Positions 15,955 to 30,311 of a DNA stretch of 64,000 nucleotides are shown here, piece by piece (within the stretch, counting starts at the first letter, position 1; each line of letters opens with the position of its first letter). The notes under the pieces were generated by a model, which was not told the DNA's origin, ran no database searches, and saw nothing but the letters and a program-made list of their open reading frames with translations. Both the position numbers and the translations under genes were made by a program. The stretch covers positions 288,858,001-288,922,000 of the forward strand of contig OZ024740.1 of assembly GCA_964016885.1 (NCBI GenBank), in the 5' to 3' direction. Origin of the DNA: Eledone cirrhosa (lineage: Eukaryota).

Positions 15955-18896
15955 CTTCCAGTACTGTTGTGTTCTAGCAATTTACTCCATCCTTAATAAA
16001 CATCTCTCTTCCCTCTCTCTCTCTTATACCAATGAAGACATCTCTGGATCTCCTTATTACTTACCCCATTTCCTCTATCTCTGCTGCTTAGACTGCAAAT
16101 GTTTCTTTGCAGACTTCCAATATGCTTTGTGCATCATTCCAAGATAAGTGCAAATCCTCTTTCCTCTATCCCTCCCTTGGTCTCTTTCTCCCTCTTCTTT
16201 CCCATTTTTTTTTTTTTTTTTTTTTTTTTTCATTTTAACAATTGTTTGTTTTGTTTGATATCATCTGAAATCCTTCTTCCTAAACCCCACAAATTTGTCT
16301 CATTCTAGGTATTTTTGCATTTCTTTTAAATTTTTCTTTTGCTAATTGTTTCTGCTCTCACAGAAATATATATATTAGAATAATGCTTTTTTTTTTTTGT
16401 CTGAATAATTTGAAATTTTAAAGAATTGTGTAAGTTTGCTAATCATTTTGTTTTTCTCTTATCTGAAAACTCTTAATATTTATTTATAACTGAATTCTTC
16501 TCTTGCCTTAGTTTACCCAAGTGTATTAAGATTTCTTCAAAATTAACTGGAATCTCAAAGACCTCCCCCCATAGTTCTCTCACTCACTTGGAAGGAAAAC
16601 TCTGAATATTTAAACCTAATGTCCATTATAGCCAATATAGAAGCAACTTTAGTTGATAATTAAAATATCAACTAAAGTTGCTTCTATATTGGCTCCCTTC
16701 TAAGATGTCTAAGATATGCTTGGAATTAAAGAGGCTTTCTGTCCATCAATAAAGGACTTGAACAGTCCTTACTAGTAAATAAGTGACCTTTACTTTCTTC
16801 AAATGACCTGAACTAGTGTTTTTTTTTTTATTATTCATAAAAGCTGGTATAATCCATTATAAATCAAAAATAATTTTGTTTTTAATGTAAATTTCGAATT
16901 GAGTTATTTCATTTTTTTTTTTTTTTTAATGAAAAAGCAACAAAACCTCTTAAAGTTTGCTTCATATTTGCAATAAATAATATGATGTTTGATGAGGAAT
17001 ATAGGTGTAAATTATATAAATTTTGTAAAACCTTAAAACTGATAACTTTTCTACTCGAAACAATAGCAGCCTATTTTAAACCCTGCTGCAATGTGACCTT
17101 ATCTGTGACCTTACCCTTATTCCAAGATTTTCCTTGCTCTTTGACAAAAAAGAAAAAATAATAGTAATAATACAAACCCTATTTAAATCTGAAAGTTTTT
17201 CATGTAATCCTGATGTACAACAAAACTCCTGATACAATGACAATATTTCCAAAGAGGTTTAAACAAAAATAAAACAAAAAAAATATAAACAATAGACAAA
17301 GAAAATGGCAGAACTGTTTCAGAGACATAATTTAAAAGCCAACACTACTTTAAAAGTAAGTATGTGAAAGTCAAGAAAGTGGCCATAAGGAGCCAAAGAC
17401 AAGTTCAGCGAGAAGCCCCTTAGCTGTATAGTATGTCTTCTAGTTTCCTCACTGGAACATTCTCTTGCAGCATTATATATGTTAATAATATTTGAGTAAA
17501 ATATTATTTTATATGCTGCACACTTCTCTATTTTCTCCATCGCTGGCTTTTAACATTTTCTGATGTCAGTCATTATCCAAAACAACACGGCTTGTTCTTA
17601 TGCACAAGCCGATCTCTTTGATTATGTAGATATCAAAGAGAAATATTTCAAGATATATGGATATGAAAATAAAAAAAGGATATATATAATATTAATAATA
17701 ATAAATACTTTTACAGTTAGTTGCTCTATTTGTATGAATGTATGTGTGTGTGTGTGTCTGCAAATGTATGTAAAACAATTCTGAATTTTGAACAACAAAA
17801 CTACAACAGCAAGCACAACAATAATTCCACGCTCTATATGCTAACTAAACTATGCTATCTTGAATCAATATTTTGATGCACTCTAACATTATTTAGTGTT
17901 TCGCTTTACAGCTGCATAAGTTTTCTATTCAATATCATATCTGTTTCATTTCAATACTAAACTATTTAAAGAAATAATTATATATATCTAGAGAAACAGA
18001 ATACTTAATATATCAACAATTCCTAAAGGCAATCAAACCTTCAAAATAAGGATCTAATTGGCTACAATACAAGCTATGTCTCTTTTTTTTTTCGCTAAGC
18101 TATTTTCCCTGACCACTTCTCTGTTTAATTCAGACCTGCCTGAATGTCACTTATGCTTAATGTAATAATCTCAAGCTATCTTTATAGACATACTCCTCCT
18201 TCTCTCTTTGCCCCCTTTCTCTCTCTCTCCCTCTCTCTCTCTCTGAGACTGCAAACTTTCTAATGCACTCTGGGAATAAAGGCTCTGTATTTTCTCACTC
18301 TTAATTACTAGGTTTGTAATGTTTGTGGAGATGTGAATTTTTTCTTGTCAAAAAGAAATAATATTGATAATGATAAAAAATATTAATAAAAATATATAAA
18401 ACAGCTTCCATAAGTCTCATTGTGTTGTTTGTTGTCTTTTGTATGTGGTTATTACAATTGTTGCAATATTGTCTATAAATTGTAGAAAGAATAGATGAAA
18501 CCATTCTGAAATGGTTATACAATGTGAAGGGCTGTAGTTAGCAGTGTTTTTCTTGTGATCTGGTCCCCTTTGTGAGCTAACAAAGATTGTCATTTTATGA
18601 ACCACCAGGAGGACCTGAAAAGAGTACTGTAAGTTAATGAAACATTTGTCAATTACACACACACATACATAATCAAACAGTTAATATATGCTGACATACC
18701 CAATGACTGGTGAAGCAATATAAATTGTTATAAAGGAAAAGGTAATGCTCTAGAAAGGAACAACTTTTATGTGGAACAGAACGTCGAGAGTCTCAATGTG
18801 AGAAGACATGATTATTTAGAGAAAAGCAATGAAGAATGACATGATGCTGAATGAAAATAAAAGTAATATATATAAACATACACACACCGACCATAA

Positions 18897-20506
18897 TTAA
18901 ATATGGAATGATACGCGATGGGCCCCCTCCACCGCCCTGGCTGTCAGAATGGAGAAGGTGTTTCCCTGGAGGACAGCAACGGAGATGCGCTGGAAAAGCC
19001 TCTCCAACTCGCGGGGCTCACATCTGTGGCTGGCCAGCTCAGCGCCTATGGTGGTGAGTAGGGAGGTAGACCTAGGGCCAAGGACACCAGAAGTCTCCAC
19101 TGCCAGGGGTACGACCGCAAACCTGTCGGAAAGCGACCGGTATTTGAGGAGTTTAGCCTCCTCAGCCCGACGTGCAGCAGAACCCGGGTTAATCGCAGAC
19201 TGCACCAGGCTGCGGCTGCAGAATGTGTCGGTGCAACTGGCATCCAAGACGAGGGGTTTGCCAACGCGGAACGGGAAGATGGTCATGCCATCTCCTTGGT
19301 CCAGCCCCACCAGCTCGAGCTGGGAAGGGAAGCCTGCAGCGTCCAAGCCATGCTTTATGACCTCATTGAGGGCAGCATGGCGTGGAAGGCGGCCAGCACT
19401 GTGTCGACAGGAAAGCGGGTGGAGGCCGAAAGGGTTCAAGGTGGATCCGCAGCGACATTGGTGTGGCTCACAGATCCGGATGCCGAGCCTCAAGGAAATG
19501 CCAATGCGCAGGCTATTATTGTCCAGCTGCATGCCACGGGAGGAGGGCAGGGCATGGAGCCAGGCACCACTGTGAGGGTTGGAGGCCGCATGAAAACAGG
19601 CAAGGCGGTGCTGGTGCGTGAGCCTGTCTGAGGCCAGGCTGCACTGGATGGCATCCCAAGTGCTTTGGGGAGACTTGACGTCAACAGGGGGAGAAGGAGG
19701 AGGGACATCTACTGAGTCCCAGCCAGTCCTATGTCTCACAGGCGGCCTCACGTTCTCTGAACACAGAGGGTTCTATTGTGTTTAGAAGAACCCTGCTGAT
19801 GCGGCACAAGGTTACTGATGAAAGAAACGCCGGCAAAGCCAGTGAGATCGGGGACCAGAGGCCAAGGCCACCATACCTGACAGGTAAAGTGGCCTGTTGC
19901 CATCCAATGTCGTCAAACTTGACGTTGCATATCTCCTCGGATACAAGTATTGAGGTCAACGAGGAGAGATGTGTAACATGGAGCGCTGTGAAGGGTATAG
20001 AGGAGCTTTGGCATGGCAAAGCAGGTCCTCAACAGAAAGAGGGCTGGGTGGCCGTCGATCAAGCCCAGTCGGCTTGTGAGAGTCTAGAGTTGTTGAAGCC
20101 TGGACCTGATGGTGGAGTGGATGGCCGGCGGGTGGATCGGTGACCCGAGGATGAGGACATCCTCTTTGGGGGTCACCTGTACCTGGTGGAGAATGGACCA
20201 CACATCCGAGACGGAGGCTGCAAAGCTCTCAGCATCATGGCTGACATCACCACCTCCGACTTGGCCGATTTCTGCCAGGGCAGGAACCACCGATTGAAGG
20301 TCATGGCAGACCGTCTGTACGGGCCCACCTAACGTAGCATCATCCAGATAGTAAACATTGAGAGGGGCCGTGATACTCCGGGCAATGTGGTCTATACCAA
20401 GGGCAAACAGGAGGAGTCCCAAAGGATCGCCCTGTTGGACCCCAGTGGCTGAAGGTATGACCGTATCAGCAGCAAAGAGCATGCTCAGGGCTCCATATAG
20501 AGGCAT
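18897..20506 (-). mobile_element. 5'-truncated CRE/NeSL-type non-LTR retrotransposon (RT + RLE endonuclease), frameshifted
   Basis: GVQQGDPLG and YYLDD RT motifs; CRCG..HPLSC..RH zinc motif; D..E..KLLKY RLE motif. Confidence 0.85.
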
Positions 20507-20754
20507 AAAATTGATGGAACAAGTTATGAAAGTGGCAGAAAGAATGACAACAAATTACGAACGGAGTAAAATTAAATTAAATGAAATTTTGTTTTGTACC
20601 AAGAAGGGGCACCACAAATGCTCTCTTAGCAAGATAACAAGAAAAGTTCCTAGATAAGTGTAAGCTGTTATATCTAACTTTTGATCTTGAGAAAGCCTTT
20701 GACAGAGTTCCATGATCTTTATTTGGTGGTCCTTAACCCTTTAGCATTTGAGGA

Positions 20755-22672
20755 ACCAGTGGTGCAAGTTAAAGGTAGTAGAAGGCAATCAAAGATATGA
20801 AGACAGGCAAGGCAGCTGGGCCTTCGGAGATAGTTGCTGAGATGTTGAAAGCATCTGGAATGAGGGGTATACTATGGTCACCCGGATAGTAAACCAAGTA
20901 ATACAGAATGGGGTCATACCAAATGACTGGCGTAGCAGCATCATTAACTGCTACAAGGTTAAAGGAGATGCTCTAGATAGGGGAAACTATAGAGGTATTA
21001 AGTTAGTTGACCAGGTCATGTAGGTCACAGAAACAGTTATAGCACTAATCAGAGATCTAGATGAAATGCAGTTTGGGTTTGTGCCAGGTAAAAATACCAC
21101 AGATGCTCTTTTCCTTGTATGACAACTACAGAAGTATCTAGCTAAAAGTAAACCGCTCTACTTAGCTTTTGTTGACTTGGAGAAAGCCTTTGACAGAGTC
21201 TCCTGCTCCATTATCTGGTGGGCCCTTAGAAAACTAGGAGTAGATGAATGGCTTGTGAGAGCTATACAAGCCATGTATAAAGAAACACTCAGCAAGGTTA
21301 GAATTAACAATGAATATAGTGAAGAATTTAGCGTAAAAGTTGCTGTTCATCAAGGCTCTGTCCTTAGCCCCCTCCTGTTTATTATTGCCCTTCAGGCTAT
21401 AACAGAGGAGTTTAAGACTGGCTGCCCATGGGAACTGCCAGAATCAAAAGGCCTTAAAGTTAACTTGTCTAAGACTAAAGTTCTAGTATGTAGAAAGGAA
21501 AATAGGGCACAGGTGCCCTCTGGAAATGGCCATGCTCAGTGTGTAGAAAAGGAGTAGGTACAAATTCCATTTTATGTCCCAAATGCAAACTATGGGTACA
21601 TAAAAGATGTAGTGGGATTACAGGCAAGCTATCTAAGAACGTAGATTTTATGTGGACGATGCTCAGGTGCAATAAGTAGCAAGTGCCCACAGGATACTAG
21701 CTCCTTCTATTGCCCTGATGGTTCTATAGAAATTGTGGACACTTTGCGTTACCTTGGTGGCAAAATCAACAGTGGTGGGGGGGGGGGGGGTGCTCTGAAA
21801 GTACAGGAACCAGAGTCAGAACGGGAAAAAGTTCAGAGAGCTTATTCCGCTGTTGGTCACAAAAGGTTTCTCTCTAAAAATGAAAGGCAGATTGTATGAT
21901 GCCTGTATACGAACAGCAATGTTACACGGCAGTGAGACATGGGCATTATGTGCAGAGGACCTGCGCAGACTGGAAAGGAACGAAGCATGCATGCTCTGTT
22001 GGATGTGTAATAGTAATATACGCGAATGGCAAAACAAAAATGAACTAAGTGAGAAATTAGGAATAAGAGGGTTCAGATGCTGTTTACTTGAGAGAAGACT
22101 ACGTTAGTATGGTCACGTGATGTGCATGAAAGACGACAGCTGTATAAAAAAAGTGCAGGGCGATCAAAATTGATGGAAGTTACCTGGGATGATTTGATAA
22201 ATTCCGACCTTACACACCTGCACCTCTCTAAGGCAATGTCACTGGACCGAGATCTTTGGCACTACGCAGTAATACAGAAGACCTGCCTTGCTTATGTACA
22301 AAGCGAAACCTACAGTCAGTAGGCACCTCTTAACCAAATATACACCCCAACCCACTACCCCTACTCCATCCTCCCACCAACACCACCCTCTCTCTGTAAA
22401 GTTATGTTGGTACCACAACATCCAGTCCAAACTAATGAGGACAAAAAAACACACAGTCCACGCTGTAATGTGGCCATGTAGGTAACAGTAAAAAGCTCCC
22501 AGTCCATACTGTAAATGTGGTGGGTGTTAGGAAGGGCATCCAGCAGTAGAAAACCTTCCAGACAGTCCTATACGAGCGAGACACGGTCACCCAACCAATC
22601 TTGCCTCAAGTGGGACAATTCCCGTCTAACCCATGCTAGCGTAGAAGATAGACGTTAAACAATGATGATGAT
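20755..22672 (+). mobile_element. RTE-clade LINE fragment with (TGA)n tail, inserted within a piggyBac MITE (20737-22824)
   Basis: DLEKAFDRV, HQGSVLSPLLF and LHGSETW motifs; stops and frameshifts. Confidence 0.9.
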
Positions 22673-22828
22673 GTATCTGGCTGCTTATATTTTTGTTAAG
22701 GTGTTATTCTCAAAATAAATATCAAAATCTCGTGGATTCGATATTATGTGAGATAACTATGTGAAATAAAGTGTTTTCCATGAAAATACAATAGTAAATA
22801 TAGAGGAATGTAAATGCTGAAGGGTTAA

Positions 22829-23880
22829 GGCAAGTGAGTGTAGATGATTGGCTTATGAGAGTAGTGCAAGCCATACACTGTGGTGCTGTCAGTAAAATGA
22901 GAGTAGGAAGTAAGTTTAGTGAGGAATTCAATGTGCAAGTTGAATTTCATTTGGACTCAGTTCTCAGCCTACTTCTGTCCTCCAGGACATAACTGAAAGG
23001 TTTAAGACTGGCTGTCTATGAGAATTTCTGTCTGTTAATGATCTGGTTCTTATAGCTGAATCTGTGGAAGAACACGAGAAAAAATTCCTGTTATGGAAAC
23101 AAATCAGATGGGCTCAGCATAAACTTAGCAAAGACCAAAGTTTTATTAAGAGAATGAAACTCTGATCCCATTTGTAAAAAAAAGAGATGGTAGGAACTTA
23201 ATACAATGTAATATGTGGATACACAAAAAGCGTTGTGGGATTGTAGGAGACTAACAGAAAATATAGACTTTGCATGTGACAGATGCACAGGAACAGTGTG
23301 TATAAACCTTTTCTAATCTCAGAAAGGTACTATAGTAGTTGATAGTTTCTGTTATTTAGGTGACTTAATTAGCAGTAGAAGAGGTTGAATAAAAATGGGC
23401 TGGAAAAGTCTGGGGATGCTACTACCTCTATTGACAACAAAAGGCTTCTCTCTACAAAGGAAAGGCTGGCTATAGGATGTAGGGAGTTGCATGGAAGTGA
23501 AACTGTGACAGTAAATTCAGAGGATATGTGAAGGCTAAAAAGGAATTAAAAGAGCATGTTTCAATGGATGTGCAATGTTAATGTACATGGATGATGAAGC
23601 ATGGATGAGGTGAGAAAAAAAAAACTAGGTATAAGAGTAATCAGATGCAGTGTGTAAGAGAAAAGACTGCTGATATGGTTGTGTGATGCACATGAAGGAT
23701 AATCGTTGGGTGAAGAAGTGCCATAAGCTTCCAATGGAAGGAAGCTGTAGTAAAATAAAGCGAAAGATAACCTAGGTGGATGTGAAAACAGATCTCATAA
23801 TGCTTAAGCTCACTGAAGAAATGACAAAAGAACATGCATGGAGAAACCTGTCTCTTCAATACAAGCATGGAAAACCAGAT
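22829..23880 (+). mobile_element. Older degenerate RTE LINE (continues from 20680-20732)
   Basis: Decayed RT motifs contiguous across the TTAA insertion. Confidence 0.7.
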
Positions 23881-24559
23881 GTAAAAAGGAAGGTGAAATA
23901 TATATTCCATTCCTCAAATTTTTGCTTTCTTTAATAAAGTTCTATATTTGAAGCATTTGAGAATAAATAATGACAAATGGTTTCAGCCAAATATCACTTT
24001 AGTAAATAATTGTTGCTACTTTTGGCACAAGGCCAGCAATTATCTCAGTGTATTACTGGTACTTTATTTTATCGACCCCGTAAGGATGAAAGGCAAAGTT
24101 AACCTTGGCAGGATTAATGTTATCTATTTACTAGCAGAAATACCAGCTCCCAAGCAGTTTTCTGATAGTGTAAGTATATGTGTGTGTATGCATGTTTCAT
24201 AATATATCTATTAATGTATACAAATGCATAAAAAGGAACACACATATTTCTGATATGCAAATGATACAAAAATGCACTGACATGTTTCATCTTGCAGATT
24301 ATAATTTAATACACAGTTTATTTTCTATAAAAGCAAAGATGGGATATGATCCAGTAATAAGGAGAGGAATGATTGAAACAGCCTTCGATGGGATTCAAAT
24401 CTGTACCGGATTTCAAACGTTTTTTTTATAGACTCTCAGACACTAATAATTAAAAGACAAAATTTCTTTCATAACTGGAGGGTGATAAAAATGTGCAATG
24501 TTTATATTTGTCATTATTGGTGTAGGTACACTGTGTGTATGTATATGTATATATATATA

Positions 24560-26245
24560 CATGTCCCTCCCAACATAGTCTAATAGTTAGTGACCTCATA
24601 GTCAGGACTAGATGTACTCAACGACAGAAGCGGACTACTTTGAGAAGAAGAATATGGAAGTTGAAGGACCCCACAGCCAGTAACAAATTTAAAAACATAT
24701 TACTTGATGCATTTGACAGTAAGGAAGAGCAATTAGAGATGTACAATATAGAGGAACAGTTTGAATTCTTGAAAGTTAACCTGCTGAAGGTGACAGATCT
24801 ATAGGCAGGAAGAGAGTAACTTGGTGGTGGAACAGTAAGGTGTAGGAGACAAATAAGGCCAAAAAGCAGGCTTGGAAAGTATGGCAGGATTGGGGAAGTA
24901 GAGACTGCTATCAAGTGGATAGGAGAGAAGCTAGGAGACAAGTGTACTTTGCAAGAAGGGAAGCAGAGGATAGAAAGTTCAAGCATGTTCTACAACATGA
25001 GGTGTTCAGGATCGCAAGACAATGTGTCAAGGAAAATCATGATATTGTTGGGGAGAAGTGTGTCCGTAATGATGGTGTACTTGCCCTCACTGATACTGAT
25101 AAGAAGGTAGCTTGGAAGTGTCACTACGAGAGACTATTGAATGAGGAGAATAAATGAGAAAAAGATAGTCTGCCCCAAATCGATATAATAGAGGGACAGG
25201 CAAGGCAGCTGGGCCTTTGGGGATAGTTGTTGAGATGTTGAAAGCATCTGGAATGGTGGGACATACTATTGTCACCCGGATTGTAAACCAATACAGAATG
25301 GGGTCATAACAAATGACTGGCGTAGCAGCATCATTAACTGCTACAAGGGTAAAGGAGATGCTCTAGATAGGGGAAACTATAGAGGCATTAAGTTAGTTGA
25401 CCAGGTCATGAAGGTCACAGAAAGAGTTATAGCACAACTAATCAGAGATCTAGATGAAATGCAGTTTGGGTTTGTGCCAGGTAAAAATAACACAGATGCT
25501 CTTTTCCTTGTACGACAACTACAGAAGTATCTAGTTAAAAGTAAACCCCTCTACTTAGCTTTTGTTGACTTTGAGAAAGCTTTTGAGTCCCCTGCTCCCT
25601 TATCTGGTGGGCCCTTAGAAAACTAGGAGTAGATGAATGGCTTGTGAGAGCTATACAAGCCATGTATAAAGAAACAGTCAGTAAGGTTAGAATTAACAAT
25701 GAATATAGTGAAGAATTTAGTGTAAAAGTTGGTATTCATCAAGGCTCTGTCCTTAGCCCCCTCCTGTTTATTATTGCCCTTCAGGCTATAACAGTAGTTT
25801 AAGACCGGCTGCCCATGGGAACTTCTATACGCAGATGATCTAACTCTCATTGCTGAATCTATAACTGAACTAGAAGAAATTCCAAACATGGAAACAGGGC
25901 CTAGAGTCAAAAGGCCTTAAAGTTAACTTATCTAAGACTAAAGTTCTAGTATGTAGAAAGGAAAACGGCACAGGTGCCCTCTGGGAAATGGCCATGCTCA
26001 GTGTGTTGGTAAAAATTCCATTCTATGCCCCAAATGCAAACTATGGGTGTATAAAAGATGTAGTGGGATCACAGGCAAGCTATCTAAGAACGTAGATTTT
26101 ATATGTACCTAATGCTCAGGTGCAATAAGTAGCAAGTGCCCACACGATACTAGCTCCTCCTTCTACTGCCCAGATGGTTCTATAGAAATAGTGGACACTT
26201 TCCGTTACCTGGGTGACAAAATCAGCAGTGCTGGAGGGTGCTGAA
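24560..26245 (+). mobile_element. RTE-clade LINE fragment, close paralog of 20755-22672
   Basis: Near-identical sequence 25270-26240 vs 20880-21800; LLYADDL motif. Confidence 0.9.
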
Positions 26246-26978
26246 GACATGCCATCTGATCTGGCTTGTTTCATAGCAGGAAGACCCATCCACCAGTAGT
26301 CATTTTGGAAGTAAATGTAAGAAATATACTACATAGCAGAGCAGTCTCTCTGCAGTGAATGAGTCAGCTTCACAATCAAATACACACAGCATCACTCCTA
26401 CCCTCTGTAAAGCTGTAGGGGGACAGACTGAGAAAATATTAGGACCCTCTGGTCGTCAAGAACTTGACACCTTTTGAACAGTTGCCACAATGTAGTGCAC
26501 CTGGTATACTTTGTAAATGGGCTTGCAATATAGGATAAAAAGGACTCTCCAGTAAGGTCTAGTACAAAGGTTCTCAATGTGGGGGTGGGGGGGGGGCATA
26601 TGCCTCCCCCTCCCTCCCGGCGGCAGGCGTTTCGGAGCTCCGGCGGGGCCGTTAGAAACTTTGGGGGCGCTGGAAGCCCCTTTAGTTTGGTAAGTTTTAT
26701 AAGTCATATTTGTACGTCTGTGAGACAGCCAGTGTGAATGCACTTGAATGAAGAAAACGAAGAAAATAAATAAAAGAAGCTTGTCAACGAATTTCCTAGG
26801 GAGATAAAAAAAAAAATTTAAAAAAAAAGAAATCAAAGAAAATGAAAATAAGGACGTCAACTTTTACAACAGTTACAAGAACAACTTCAACAGAAATGAC
26901 AACAAAAAGAAACAATGGCGGTGAAAGGTGTGGGTGTATACATATACATACATACGAACATACACACACATGCATACG

Positions 26979-27032
<54 letters not shown>

Positions 27033-27299
27033 CACACAGGTCGGCGTTAGGGTTTGATGAGGTTGAGAACCTGGTCAGCTTTCAGCCAGAGCTGTGGTAT
27101 TTAATCTCCCTAGGTAATAAAAACACATAGATCATATCAACATCTTTACACACTTAAATATAAATGCATGTATATATATACAAGTGTATAAATGCACTCA
27201 CGGGGCTTTGGTCGGCCCGGGTAGTGGGACTGAACCCGGAAATATGTGGTTGGGAAGCAAGCTTCTTGTCACACTACGCATATATATATATATATATAA

Positions 27300-29424
27300 C
27301 AAAGGAAATGTGGTAAGGAACCAGATGGACCATAACGCACCAGAGTACTCAATACTTAGGGTAGTAGAGTGGGAAATAGGAAAAAGTATGACCCCGACGG
27401 CAGAGCTCAAACCGTTTCGACGGCTATTTCTGGACTAAATTAGAATTGTTAGCCTGGTGAATAAATAGCCGAACTTGTCAAGGGGGTACTTCCTTATATG
27501 GGAAGATTGTAGTTGTCAAGAGGATTGGTTAAAATTTGTTGTAAACCCATAAGTCTATCATAGTATTTGGTGGGAGGTAGGGGTGGCTGAACTTGCCTGT
27601 AGAACAATAAGGGATTGAGTGGAGCCGGTCAAGCGTTGAAAGTGATATGTATACAGCAGATTCTAAGGATAGTGTATGAAGTGGGGGAGGGAGGTTATAG
27701 AATAGGTAAATCGAATGAGAGTAGGAGACAATAAAAGATAATAGAAAGAAATAAAAAAAATATATAAAATTAGATAGTGAGAAATGAATAAAAAAAAAAA
27801 CAATGCTATCTTACAATTACAGGTTAATAAGTTGAGAATAGAAAAACTGATACAAAAATAAAAGGGGTTTAACACGTCTGCTATAAGTAGTTAGTAAAAC
27901 GTATTCGGCCAATTCTATCTTAAAATTACAGGGGTGGGGGAACTGATGCTACAGAGGCCCGATGGGCTGCATCGGGGTAGGCGAAAGGGGAAAAGCAGAC
28001 GAGGAAGAAAATAGGGGGTGGAAGGAAGTGATAGGATGAGACAGGGGGAAGAAGAAGACAATGAGGAAAAGAAAAGAAAAGAGATACATCTACCTATGTA
28101 AGCTGGGGTTTCCCCTAACTTATTCGGCAAGTGTGTGTGTGTGTGTGGGGGGGGGGGGGGGTATCAGCCCTTGTCTACACACCCGGGTCGTTATGGGGTT
28201 TGAGGGCGAGGTAAGTCCTACGCAATCTGTGTTTGCATGCGGTTACCAGTTCGTCTTTCTTGTTTAGGAGTTGGTCCTTCGAAAACAGCATTTGTAATGT
28301 TTCCTCCGAGCATAAGTTACACGGACGGCGTCCTCCCGTGTAAGATTTAGCTCTGGACAGTAAGCTCCAAGTGAGATTGTAGGTTATATTATTATCTTGG
28401 AGGTCCCAGATGTGGCCCGAAAGTGTAGTGGCATGTCGCCGGACCGGGTTTTGGAAAGTATGTCGGTGTTGGTAGAGCCGGGTCTTGAAGTCACACGCGG
28501 TTAATCCTATATAAGCTTTGTTGGAGGTGTCCGTCCTCACGTTGCACTGGTAGATCACGTTACGTTCTCGGCATTTGTTGTTGAGGGGGGGCACGTAGAT
28601 CTATCAGGGCAGTTACACCTCCTGGTCGGCTCTCCACTGATGTCTAGGTTATTTCATCCATAGGGGTTGAGTTTTTTGTTGTTTGAAGAGACGATGTTTT
28701 GTGCGAAGTTAGGTGTGGTGTTTTTGTTGATTATGTTGTGGTAGCAGTGTTGTAGTGGGAAGTGTTTTTCGAGGAGTCTAAAGAGGATTTTCCCGATAGG
28801 TGTTTTCCACCTCGGCATTATGGGGAGGATTGAACCACGCTACGTTGCGTGAGTGGCGGTGTCCCCTGCTGGTTCCGCTAAGGGAAGCTGGATAAAAGGA
28901 TATTTCCTCCCGGAAGCCACTCCTCTTGAGGGTCTGGTTGTAATGAGGCGCGTGTTCGTCGAATATCTGCTCATTAGCGGACAAACGAGATATGCGGAGG
29001 GAGATGTTTTTCACCAGGTTATTGGTGATGTTTCTAGGATGGTTAGAGCGGTGGAGGATGTAGTGCAGGTTGTCTTTTGGTTTTCTGTATGGGTAGTACA
29101 GATCATTTTCGAGGTTAAGGGTAACGTCCAGGAAATTGACTCGGGTTAGGGGCGTTTGTAGGGTGATTTTAAATCCCCAGTCCCGGAAGAAGTTGATTAG
29201 TTGTTTACGGACCCGGTCTGTACCATTTGAGGGTAAAGAGCCCATCATCCCGGTACAATCCACCGCCGAATGCAGGAAACATTTCGGTGAATTTAAATAT
29301 TAGGAATAATCCTATAAGATCTGTGACTTCGGCCGAATCCGTCGCGCCCATACTGACGTCGAAGGGGGAGTCAGGGGCTCTCTTTATCCACTTGGAGTTG
29401 TCGAAAAGTAGGACTGTCTATGCT
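27300..29424 (-). mobile_element. Penelope-like element (RT + GIY-YIG), 5' truncated and disrupted
   Basis: FLDVTLNL..YYPYRKP..SNHP..WFNPP; NVIYQC..YIGLT..FKTR..CNLC..E GIY-YIG motif. Confidence 0.9.
27391..27487 (-). ncRNA. Degenerate type I hammerhead ribozyme in Penelope 3' pLTR
   Basis: ACCCC-CTTGACAA-stem II (CGGCTATTT/AAATAGCCG)-GAAACGG..CCGTC-GGGGT; the CUGANGA core is mutated. Confidence 0.55.
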
Positions 29425-29435
29425 CGCCCTTCGAT

Positions 29436-29486
<51 letters not shown>

Positions 29487-29858
29487 TATATACATATACA
29501 TATATATATACATATACATATATATATATATATATACATATATACACATATATATATATACACATATATATATATATACACATATATATATATATATACA
29601 TATCACGATAAATTAACGGAGGCATAGGCCGTCGTTATTCCCTGTAAATAATGTGCTCAAAGGGGAAGAGATCCTGAGCCCTTTAAAATATAATATGTTG
29701 AGAAGGTAACACACCAGAGAGAGATATATAGTGCGTTATCAATAATACAGGGAAAAAACCACCAGTGTATGGAATCTATAACCTATGAAAGGCAGACTAT
29801 AGACACGATAATTAAAAATATAAATAAAAGCGTAAATAAATACCTTTATAACTATATA

Positions 29859-29939
29859 ACACACGTACAAATCCAAAGATATGTTTCACCAAAAAATTTG
29901 TTGAAAGAAATGGTCTAGTCTCGGTTCATCAGCGTGTGT
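29859..29939 (-). ncRNA. Type I hammerhead ribozyme (inverted copy)
   Basis: Reverse complement of 30231-30311. Confidence 0.8.
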
Positions 29940-30230
29940 AAGGCCATACATTTCAGACAACACTAAGAGAATTTTACAATTGACTGTCCAGCTACACGTG
30001 GGAGAGAGAAGTCACAGCGTGTTTAAGGGCAGTGAACCAGTGGCCTCTGAGAGACGAACTGCTAGAAAGGGCAGCCCAAAGCCACTCAGAGAAGTGTGCT
30101 CAACCAAACAAAGATAGGAAAGACTGTTATTAGGAGCGAAATATCACGATAAATTAACGGAGGCATAGGCCGTCGTTATTCCCTGTAAATAATGTGCTCA
30201 AAGGGCAAGAGATCCTGAGCCCTTGGCCTT

Positions 30231-30311
30231 ACACACGCTGATGAACCGAGACTAGACCATTTCTTTCAACAAATTTTTTGGTGAAACATATCTTTGGATT
30301 TGTACGTGTGT
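30231..30311 (+). ncRNA. Type I hammerhead ribozyme
   Basis: Stem I ACACACG/CGTGTGT; CTGATGA; stem II ACCGAGA/TTTTGGT; GAAA; stem III ACATATC-TTTG-GATTTGT; GUA cleavage triplet after 30304. Confidence 0.8.
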
